Source: a virus | Virus record (IMG/VR): IMGVR_UViG_3300009425_000015 | Span: 1-64,000 of that record | Reading direction: 5' to 3' (one strand) | Length of the DNA: 64,000 nt | Part shown: one piece after another, positions 56,545-64,000 of the stretch | Numbering within the stretch: the stretch's first letter is position 1 | How the letters are laid out: the number at the start of each line of letters is the position of its first letter | Notes under the pieces: generated by a model | The model's input: the letters and a program-made list of their open reading frames with translations, nothing else | Database searches by the model: none | What the model was told of the DNA's origin: nothing | Translations under genes and position numbers: made by a program

Positions 56545-57672
56545 CTATTCTTCTGTAGTTCCAGTCTCAAGATCATAAAAATCTGAAGCCTTCCCTGTCC
56601 TTTCGGAAAACTTTTTAATAACATCGTTATCCATCAAGTGCAGTACTCTTGCTCTAAACTTTTCGTTTTCCAGCTTCTCAACCCAACCCTTGCGTTGGAA
56701 CTTTTCCTCCGAGCCGTCCTCATAAACAATCGAAAACCAAGCTCCAGTCTGTTTTAGGCTTTCAGAAATCTGAATTGCATCAAACCAACTTTCCCTATCT
56801 TGGACACCGATTTCTCCACTGTCTCCCCAAAGTATCTTAAAGTTGCAAGTCCTACCTGCCGTGCCGAACCTAGATTTCTCTATCTTCGCCTTAACTTCTG
56901 ATCCAATCCTGAAGCCGTTAACGTCCGTCACATACGATGCTTTCGCTTTTCTCCCAGTAAGCCAAATCCTCAAAGAGTAAGAGTAAGGCAAGGACTTGCC
57001 TCCCGGTGTCATATATGGGGTTGTCATCGCTTCAGACGGAGAACGAGTTATATTGGTTTTTAGCTGATTCAATACCAGCAATGTTGCATCAGCATTAGCG
57101 ATAGGAACAACCAACTTGGACATACCCTTCGACAAGATTCTAGCCTTCTTCCCGACTTCCGAATTCGGGTTAAAATCTCCGGCAATGTCTGAAACCGAAG
57201 GAGTCAAAGCGAGAGAGTCCCAAATAAACAAAAGCCTATTACCAGTCGCTAGCAAGTCTTCTATTGTCTCCAGTACAAATTCTACAGATTGTGCCTGAGT
57301 GTACAACAACCTCTCTAAATCGCAGCCTGCTCTCTCCAGGAAGTTAGGATCGATTGCAGACTCAGAATCGAAATATACGACGTCGATGCCCATCTTTTGG
57401 GCATTTGCAGCAACCTGAGCTGCCATAAAGCTCTTGCCCGTAGATTCCAGGCCTGCAATCTCAGATATTTTGCCCACTGGGACACCTGCCAACTTGCCCT
57501 TGCAAGTGATGGAGTCCAGCCACCTAGATCCTGTCGGAATCCAATCCTTTACCTCAGTGGGGTTGTCCTCCTTGAGACTATAGGCAACAGTAGAGCCTGC
57601 CCTCTTGTTAACCAAGGACTTCATTTGCTCGAATGAAACCTTGCCTGTTTTAATTTTGCTAATTTTAGCCAT
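56545..57672 (-). CDS. recA: RecA/UvsX recombinase
   Basis: IPTG, GLESTGKS, DSE, WDS, NQL, TPGG. Confidence 0.93.
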   Translation of the reverse strand: MAKISKIKTGKVSFEQMKSLVNKRAGSTVAYSLKEDNPTEVKDWIPTGSRWLDSITCKGKLAGVPVGKISEIAGLESTGKSFMAAQVAANAQKMGIDVVYFDSESAIDPNFLERAGCDLERLLYTQAQSVEFVLETIEDLLATGNRLLFIWDSLALTPSVSDIAGDFNPNSEVGKKARILSKGMSKLVVPIANADATLLVLNQLKTNITRSPSEAMTTPYMTPGGKSLPYSYSLRIWLTGRKAKASYVTDVNGFRIGSEVKAKIEKSRFGTAGRTCNFKILWGDSGEIGVQDRESWFDAIQISESLKQTGAWFSIVYEDGSEEKFQRKGWVEKLENEKFRARVLHLMDNDVIKKFSERTGKASDFYDLETGTTEE

Positions 57673-57703
57673 CTTATACCCCCTGTCGTACGATTGTGAA
57701 TCT

Positions 57704-58171
57704 CTAATTATTAGTGTCCTCTGCCACGTCAACTAATTCAATTTCAAAATTTAAAGTTTTGCCTGCCATTGGATGATTAAAATTCAACAATACAGTACCC
57801 GAATCACGAATCTCCGCAATGGTTGCCTGTACCGGAGCATCCTGCGGGCCCGTGCCATGCACAATATTGCCGACATTAAATTCGAAGTCATCTGGAAACT
57901 CTTCTTTTGGAATTTCCTTAAAAAGTTCCGGATTTTCCACCCCATATGCCTCGGTTGGCTTAAGTGTGATATTCTTAGTCTCACCAATTGCCATATCGCG
58001 GACTGCAGTGTCAAAGCCCTCAATTAAAACACCAGAGCCCACCTCGAAGGTAAGTGGCTCGTCTCTAGTCCTAGAGCTGTCGAATTCCGTTCCGTCCGCG
58101 AGAGTGCCCACATAATGGACGCTCACAGTCTTGCCTTCTGTCAATTGCTTATTCTTATTTTTTTTAGACAT
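57704..58171 (-). CDS. FKBP-type peptidyl-prolyl isomerase (SlyD/SlpA-like)
   Basis: VHYVGTL, FDSS, EAYG, FNHPMAGKTLNF. Confidence 0.93.
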   Translation of the reverse strand: MSKKNKNKQLTEGKTVSVHYVGTLADGTEFDSSRTRDEPLTFEVGSGVLIEGFDTAVRDMAIGETKNITLKPTEAYGVENPELFKEIPKEEFPDDFEFNVGNIVHGTGPQDAPVQATIAEIRDSGTVLLNFNHPMAGKTLNFEIELVDVAEDTNN

Positions 58172-58291
58172 TTGATATTACTCCTTTTTTTTATTATTGT
58201 ACATGTGAGGCACCTCTTCCCCGTGCCTCCCTGCGGGTATCTTTCCCCAAGAGGAAGATATCTAATAGGCGTCTACTCTACTAGCCATAGA

Positions 58292-59050
58292 TTAGCCATT
58301 TAGCAAATCATTAAATGCCGCTTCGACAGAATCTTGATTTTGATTAGCTGCTTGGGTAGTGCCAAACTTTTCTACCTGGTTGGTTGAGCCGCCATCATTA
58401 GATAGAAAGGTGTCCAACAAGCCAGAAACTTCGTCTGTAGTCTTTCTCTCAAAAATCGTCTCAAAATCTGGGACTGTGTCCAACAACTCTGCACATCGTT
58501 CATCGCCGCCGACGGAATCATTACACAATACGCTCTTTCGAGGCCTCGGGCGGATATCAGTAGTCGGAAAGGACGCACCTGGGGCTTTACCATAAAGCAC
58601 TTTCAAGTCGTTGCCCTCTTCAACGTCCGTGATATCACCATAGTCCGGATCCAAAACAATATTGAGCAGCTTTTGGTATGCCTGCTTTCCGTATCCCCAG
58701 ACTCGAATTCCTTCCGTCTCCTCTCCCCTCACCAGGACAGGTGAGAAAAATCGTTGCTTAGCGAACATATCCTTTGCAAGCCTCTTACTCTCTTCAGTCC
58801 CCTCATTCCACAGCTTGCTTCCAAAGTCACAAACCGGACATGAGTCTCCAAAATTTCTCTTAGGACACAGAAACCCACCCTTTGCAACGTTGTAGTGAAA
58901 CCAACGCTCCTTGAAGGGATCTCCGTCCGAAGTGGTAACAATTCGAACGTTATTCTCTCCGTCTTGCGGCCGCCAGAACATCTTCCTAGCGCCATCCTTG
59001 CCTTGAAGGGCGCTCAACTTTGCCCTCATTCTGTCAATATCAATAGCCAT
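58292..59050 (-). CDS. single-stranded DNA-binding protein (T4 gp32-like)
   Basis: FWRP, CP...CPVC, DPDYGDITD, G.DL; acidic tail ending FNDLL. Confidence 0.8.
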   Translation of the reverse strand: MAIDIDRMRAKLSALQGKDGARKMFWRPQDGENNVRIVTTSDGDPFKERWFHYNVAKGGFLCPKRNFGDSCPVCDFGSKLWNEGTEESKRLAKDMFAKQRFFSPVLVRGEETEGIRVWGYGKQAYQKLLNIVLDPDYGDITDVEEGNDLKVLYGKAPGASFPTTDIRPRPRKSVLCNDSVGGDERCAELLDTVPDFETIFERKTTDEVSGLLDTFLSNDGGSTNQVEKFGTTQAANQNQDSVEAAFNDLLNG

Positions 59051-59121
59051 AATAAATCTCCTTATTGTTTTTTTGCTCACCGGCTAAAGTAAGTCGGCAA
59101 ATTTCCCGACTCACTAACAAC

Positions 59122-59150
59122 ATTATATTACTATTTTGTCATCTTGTCAA
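59122..59150 (-). promoter_or_regulatory. sigma70 promoter of the ssb gene
   Basis: TTGACA-17-TATAAT. Confidence 0.8.
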
Positions 59151-60001
59151 GTGTTTTTTTCTAATTTCTGAATATTTGAACTGTTAGCCATAACATATAC
59201 GTAATCGTGCTCATAATCCGTTGAATATATCCCATAACTAACTTTTGTACTTTCAGTTAACTTAGATTTAACCTGGTTAACTATCTGCCTGAATAAATGC
59301 TTCTCTGTTTCCAACTTATGTTGGGAGATTGCATAATAATACCTCTTTTCCCGCGGGTTGTCAAGAGAAAAGAAAAATTTCTCTTCACCGCTTTCAAAAC
59401 CAACGAACCCGAAAGTATAGATTCTTGCCGTATTGCCAGGGGGAGAGAATGTATCAGATACTGATTGTGTGTTATTGAAAACATTTACCATATGTATCGT
59501 AGAAACCAAAAAATCGTTTATTGTCTCATGATAATTCATTATAGTAAGATTTTCCACCAAAGGTTCCATATGAACGTTTGACGCCAAATATAATTTGTCG
59601 AATACGCCAGATCTGGTATATTCCTGCAGAACGTTCCTGACTACCCTCTCTTGCTTTGTTTTTATTTCTCCTAACAATTCTACCTCAGGCACTATACAAA
59701 GTATACTAATTTTACAATTGTTTTTTTTCAACTGTTCAAGCGCTATTAAAGAAACGCTGGCAACTGAACTGGCGCCGCATACAACAAAAAGCACCGAAGT
59801 ATCTTTAACTTCTTCAAAGAATACCGATAAGTCAGGAGGGTTGTTCTCATAATCTTCTGGAATTTCAAACGATGGCAGCAAAAAACACCTTTCCCCCTCC
59901 TGCTCTTCAACGTCGATTTTGTACGTACCATATTGTGCATACTTCTCAAATTTTCTGGTAACATTGCAGCCTGCAGTACCTAAACCTACTACTATTTCCA
60001 C
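59147..60001 (-). CDS. tubulin/FtsZ-like protein with a degenerate GTPase signature
   Basis: IVVGLGTAGCNV T1-like loop; CGASSVAS where GGGTGSG is expected. Confidence 0.65.
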   Translation of the reverse strand: MEIVVGLGTAGCNVTRKFEKYAQYGTYKIDVEEQEGERCFLLPSFEIPEDYENNPPDLSVFFEEVKDTSVLFVVCGASSVASVSLIALEQLKKNNCKISILCIVPEVELLGEIKTKQERVVRNVLQEYTRSGVFDKLYLASNVHMEPLVENLTIMNYHETINDFLVSTIHMVNVFNNTQSVSDTFSPPGNTARIYTFGFVGFESGEEKFFFSLDNPREKRYYYAISQHKLETEKHLFRQIVNQVKSKLTESTKVSYGIYSTDYEHDYVYVMANSSNIQKLEKNT

Positions 60002-61188
60002 GTTATCTCCTTAAGATTTCCATAATTCTTGCCAGCGCTCACATTAACATTGAAATTTCCAAACCTTGTATCTCGCAAGGTGTTGACGATGCTAGTTAAA
60101 GATGCCCTGTCCTCCATAGAATAGTCAATTACTATTGAATCGTGCACGGTAAAACATATTTTTGATTTCTTGTCAGACAAGACGTCATGTGCCTCTATCG
60201 CCTTTTCCAAAACCAAATCACTGGTTGTTGATTGTACCAGATAATTCAATGCATGATGTCTGTCTGACGCTATGACTCTTCCGTACGGGGTTTTTACTTC
60301 CTCACCATTCCAATATTCTAAAGATACATTCTTGTCATAATATTTTTCTAGCATGTAATCACTAGCAGTTGGATTATATAGCCATGCAAAAAACCTCACC
60401 TTCATTTCGCTCCGCGTTGTAAGCGATCGGGCACAATTTGTCAAATTCCACTCATGGATATCTTCGTTTGGTTGTGGCTTCCCAGACAGCGCCAACAAAG
60501 TCCTTATCTCTGCGCCGTTATAATCAAGCTCCACAAATAAATCATTTTTAGGCTTAAGTACACAGCGATGATCCCTGTCTAAAGTCAATGCAGGAAAAGT
60601 GTTCTTTAAAGTTGTCAATCTTCCAGTTTTTGTTCCATATAGATTATACCTCACATTTGGCTTCATCTTCAAAAGTTTCTTATAAAAATTTCTAGTCTTA
60701 ACTTGGTGAAAATTGGCTTTAAGCTCGGCAGGTGCAATGTTTAAATCCTGTGCCGAAATGTCTTCAAGCATTTCGTGCACGGACGATAAGAACTTGTAAT
60801 TCCTTGGCTTTTCATAGCTATTTAAAATATGATAACATATTTCATTCCGGATATTGTAATAATCTTTAAGAAATTTCTCAGGTACCAACTCAAAAAAGCA
60901 ATTCTCATCGAGAGAGACTTTGGAAGCTTGAAGTGCTCGAAAGAATGCCCTCATCTTTCCCTCTGCTGCAGCAAACTCTACAGTAAGGTTTCCAGGGCAA
61001 GAATCCCTTAAAGTGGCACCCGAACTAGCGACATAAGCGTAGTCCAAGACACCCTTACATGCTTGCAGGGAAGGAGAATACCTCCACGTGGCACTGAGGG
61101 CTTCCCAATTTATATCTTCCAGTTGAATGTTACCATCGGCATATATACCCAAACACTCTGCTTTTGAATCTAGAGCTTGAAATATCAT
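59992..61188 (-). CDS. compact family A DNA polymerase-like protein
   Basis: TKTGRL, LDYNGAEIR (motif A), RxxxKxxxFxxxY (B), NYLVQS, VHDS (C). Confidence 0.8.
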   Translation of the reverse strand: MIFQALDSKAECLGIYADGNIQLEDINWEALSATWRYSPSLQACKGVLDYAYVASSGATLRDSCPGNLTVEFAAAEGKMRAFFRALQASKVSLDENCFFELVPEKFLKDYYNIRNEICYHILNSYEKPRNYKFLSSVHEMLEDISAQDLNIAPAELKANFHQVKTRNFYKKLLKMKPNVRYNLYGTKTGRLTTLKNTFPALTLDRDHRCVLKPKNDLFVELDYNGAEIRTLLALSGKPQPNEDIHEWNLTNCARSLTTRSEMKVRFFAWLYNPTASDYMLEKYYDKNVSLEYWNGEEVKTPYGRVIASDRHHALNYLVQSTTSDLVLEKAIEAHDVLSDKKSKICFTVHDSIVIDYSMEDRASLTSIVNTLRDTRFGNFNVNVSAGKNYGNLKEITWK

Positions 61189-61214
61189 CTTTTCTTTCTT
61201 TCGTTAATGATTGC

Positions 61215-62471
61215 TTAAGTTTCTTTACCCATTGGGGTAACTCTATCTAATGATTCTATCACAATCTTTGTGCCATTGTCAAGCCTTTTTGCAATCATTA
61301 TTTGGTTGCCTCCGTTGGCATATGCCAAGCTTCTTCCCTTTACTGCCTGATTGATTACGTTCAAGGCTCTTTCAAGGTTGTAATATCGATATGCGATCTT
61401 TGCGCGGGTGATTATTTTCTGAAATTGTCTAACAGATATTGAACTTTCCGATGGTGATTCTTCTAACCTCACCCTCAACAATAGCCTAAGCCAATAAACA
61501 ACGTTATACTTCTTTTCTGTCTCGTCGATGGGCTTCCTGTGACTCAAACGCGAAACAGTCTTTCCCGAACAAACTGCTGTCCTTTTGACTGAGGGGTTTG
61601 ATGCCACAAAACTCTGATACGTAGAGGTGAGGAAGCCCCTCAAATCGTCCATATCATGCATGTGGGTTTTCATGCAATATTCTTCAAAATAATCACTGGC
61701 AGATCCTGGCATCCTTCTCACGCCGGCGCGCACCATATATCTTAGCATTTTTGTCGACGATAGGTTTGCTACAAGCCGCCATGGAGCATTTTTATCTACC
61801 AAGAACCCAAACTGTTCTGCCTTAGCAACATATGTCGTGAAATATTCTGATTCCACCATCGGTGTCTTCACTGAATCGTCAGATATATCATTCTCGCTTA
61901 GATTAATTGCCAGGCCTGAAACTTCGGTTGGCGTGTTGTTAAGCAAGACTATCCCAGTTCTAGTTATCGGGAACTGCACCCCCATGGGCTCCATGTGCTC
62001 TTTTATAAAAACTCTCACAAAGTCATCAAAATTTTGTATGTCTTTTTCATTCCTTTTTAATAAAAAACTAACAAAGTACTTTTTCATTTCAGAAATATGA
62101 TTCTCCCGCAGAAGATCGAAACTGTGCCAGCATGACGTCGGGAGTAGGGGCATTATTCCAGGCGGAGGCTGTGTCGAGTTGCTAGCTAAAAGCTCAATAT
62201 AGCTTCTCCGGAAATCCTCAAAAGCTCTGACTACGAAATTCACCCCAAACACACCTGATGTACCTTCAAAGTATTCTAGGGCGCCCTTCGAGTCTTCAGT
62301 CATTAGATAACAGGCATCGCCCCTCCTGTCGACTTTACCATAAAGCCTATTTTCGTTGGCTGTGTCAATATATGGAATATCCGAGGGGAAGCTGAGGTGC
62401 TTATAGATGCTCCTAAGCTTATAAGATGCCTCAGCGCCATGATTGTTGTTTCCTATGTACTTAGATGGCAT
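61215..62471 (-). CDS. hypothetical phage protein
   Basis: 418 aa; GFLVDKNAPWRLVANL. Confidence 0.7.
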   Translation of the reverse strand: MPSKYIGNNNHGAEASYKLRSIYKHLSFPSDIPYIDTANENRLYGKVDRRGDACYLMTEDSKGALEYFEGTSGVFGVNFVVRAFEDFRRSYIELLASNSTQPPPGIMPLLPTSCWHSFDLLRENHISEMKKYFVSFLLKRNEKDIQNFDDFVRVFIKEHMEPMGVQFPITRTGIVLLNNTPTEVSGLAINLSENDISDDSVKTPMVESEYFTTYVAKAEQFGFLVDKNAPWRLVANLSSTKMLRYMVRAGVRRMPGSASDYFEEYCMKTHMHDMDDLRGFLTSTYQSFVASNPSVKRTAVCSGKTVSRLSHRKPIDETEKKYNVVYWLRLLLRVRLEESPSESSISVRQFQKIITRAKIAYRYYNLERALNVINQAVKGRSLAYANGGNQIMIAKRLDNGTKIVIESLDRVTPMGKET

Positions 62472-62481
62472 TTTTTACCTC

Positions 62482-64000
62482 CTACTTTGTATTCTTTAGA
62501 ACATCTTTCGTATCCATGTACTCTTCTTTTTTGCCGCTATCTTCATGGGCAATCTTAGCTCTCTTGTGTTTTCGGACTTCGTCGGCGATAGACTGGTATT
62601 CTCCGAATAGATCAGACTCGGGATTAACAAACTGGTATATACCTTTTGGCGTGGCGACTTTAACTATGATGGGATAATATGTATCGCCAGTGGCGTCGCT
62701 ATCGCTCGAATAGACGTCACCCTTGCTCATCTTGCCTTCGTTGCCGAGATTTAAGGGATTGAAGCTGTATTTTACCTCGCTGAATTTTAACCTGGGGGAT
62801 AGGGTATCGAGTGCGCCTCGCATTTTGGCGTTGATCAACATGTACTCAGAGTTATCCGCTGTCTGGAGGCTTGGAAGCAATGTCGACATATCTGTCGCTG
62901 ATTCAAAGATTGCCTTCGCAACTTTGCTCCATCCATCGTTGACAGCCTCGGCGGCGTTAAACTGTTTCGCCTTTTTGTACAAGTCCCTCACCTCGCGATC
63001 TAGCCTTTTGGTGTTTTCGCGGACTCGATGGATATTCCCCGCTGCGATGAGAGCTTCGGCCTTCAAAGTGCCCATGCCTGGATCGAACAATGTCTTTGCC
63101 TCGAGCAATTTCTCCTGGACTCTTTCCATATCAGTCATGGGCTTCTCCGAGATATCGAATACGATCTCCGCCGGCGCCGTTGGGGCTTCAAACGGAACGC
63201 TCTTGCTCTTTCTGGCGGCAAAGGATTCGGGCATTCGAGAGCCCTGAAATCCATAACTAGTGAATTGTGCTCTCAAAGTATTTTCAAATGTACCACCTTC
63301 GATTTTCATCGTGGATCCCAAAACAACATAATAGCCGCCCAGGCCCAACTTTGAAACTACAGAATTTTTGTTTTTTGGATCGCCCATGCCAGTCAATGAA
63401 GGGTTCAAATAAAGCTGCATGCCTGGGCGGAAATAAGTGTTGCCAATCAACCTTATGTCTGCATTATACGGGTGTTTTATCCTGTCTATCTCGCTCTCCA
63501 TCGCCAGGCGTGATTCGAAAAAGTATGGCATATCATTTCTAGAGAACTTTATCTCCTTCACTAAGCCCCTATCCCTGCCAAGGGTGAGGTGGAATATTCC
63601 CTCGGATTCGTCATCTCTTTTATTTCCTTTGCGGTGGGATGGTTTAGTAAATGTAGATCTCAATAATATATACTCGTGCAAGCCGCTTGCCTTAAGATTT
63701 GCTGACCAAGCCCTATTCATAGTCTTGAATGCCCCTGCCATGGCGTTAATGTGAACCCGGGGTTCCTTTTTCAATATGTCTCTGGGAACAGAGAAGACAT
63801 CCATAGACAGCTTTTTAGAACTCATTGCTATGTTTGGGGCAGCCTCATAACAAACTCCCCCCAAAGCTGGAAATATCATAGTTGTTGCAATCTTTCTCAA
63901 AAATCTGCCCAGTGGCCACTTCGTTAAGCCCTGTTCTACCACCGATTTTGTATACCAATCTAAAAACAAATTCAAAGAAATTGGTATATCTGCCAAATTA
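62482..64000 (-). CDS. tail/baseplate hub-like protein (probably 5'-partial)
   Basis: Frame open to the window edge; IGNTYFRPG...LGGYYVV pattern. Confidence 0.55.
   Translation of the reverse strand, partial: NLADIPISLNLFLDWYTKSVVEQGLTKWPLGRFLRKIATTMIFPALGGVCYEAAPNIAMSSKKLSMDVFSVPRDILKKEPRVHINAMAGAFKTMNRAWSANLKASGLHEYILLRSTFTKPSHRKGNKRDDESEGIFHLTLGRDRGLVKEIKFSRNDMPYFFESRLAMESEIDRIKHPYNADIRLIGNTYFRPGMQLYLNPSLTGMGDPKNKNSVVSKLGLGGYYVVLGSTMKIEGGTFENTLRAQFTSYGFQGSRMPESFAARKSKSVPFEAPTAPAEIVFDISEKPMTDMERVQEKLLEAKTLFDPGMGTLKAEALIAAGNIHRVRENTKRLDREVRDLYKKAKQFNAAEAVNDGWSKVAKAIFESATDMSTLLPSLQTADNSEYMLINAKMRGALDTLSPRLKFSEVKYSFNPLNLGNEGKMSKGDVYSSDSDATGDTYYPIIVKVATPKGIYQFVNPESDLFGEYQSIADEVRKHKRAKIAHEDSGKKEEYMDTKDVLKNTK

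Noticed and set aside
676-63754. Plus-strand ORFs in the track (e.g. 1209..1703, 29723..30370, 37926..38432, 62723..63247)
   Set aside because: Nearly all are antisense shadows of well-supported minus-strand genes and show no recognisable motifs.
1-64000. Bacterial chromosome origin or recoded stop codons
   Set aside because: Single-strand dense small ORFs, phage-type SSB and helicase, and the absence of bacterial operon context indicate a phage. Long genes are intact in code 11 and TAA, TAG and TGA are all used as stops.

Overview
This is a 64-kb piece of a large tailed-phage (jumbo/huge phage-like) genome in the standard genetic code, with every credible gene on the minus strand. Read in transcription order from the right end: a partial tail/baseplate-like gene, then a replication and nucleotide block (compact PolA-family protein, degenerate tubulin/FtsZ-like protein, gp32-like SSB, FKBP PPIase, RecA, 5'-3' exonuclease, DnaB-like helicase, class II RNR, SAM-lyase-like protein, GroES, ThyX, myxobacterial-type Cys-repeat/vWA lipoprotein, DnaE, dUTPase, IMPDH-family enzyme). 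Next comes a proteostasis and host-takeover block (sigma70 region-4 protein, ClpP, GroEL, glutaredoxin, LeuA regulatory-domain-like protein, DnaK, YkuD-like enzyme, Smr protein, putative R-M pair, HlyIII). A ~19-kb early accessory region of small genes under sigma70-type promoters follows, with a MoxR/vWA pair and two tRNAs. The most striking feature is at 14.5-20.2 kb: 20 copies of a conserved junction whose full consensus is TTGGAGKTAATCAGTGAAAGTCGGTGAYTTRGT on the minus strand (core RTGAAAGTCGGTGA). At internal junctions it encodes the end of one mini-gene (LEVISESR-stop) and the RBS and start of the next (MKVGDLV). The result is a repeat-variable-repeat array of about 20 highly diverse 50-70 aa SH3/KOW-like proteins, with shuffled paralogues, half-junctions at run ends and broken genes at the borders. 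I interpret it as a candidate recombination-shuffled mini-gene cassette system. All calls come from reading motifs by eye; no database search was run.
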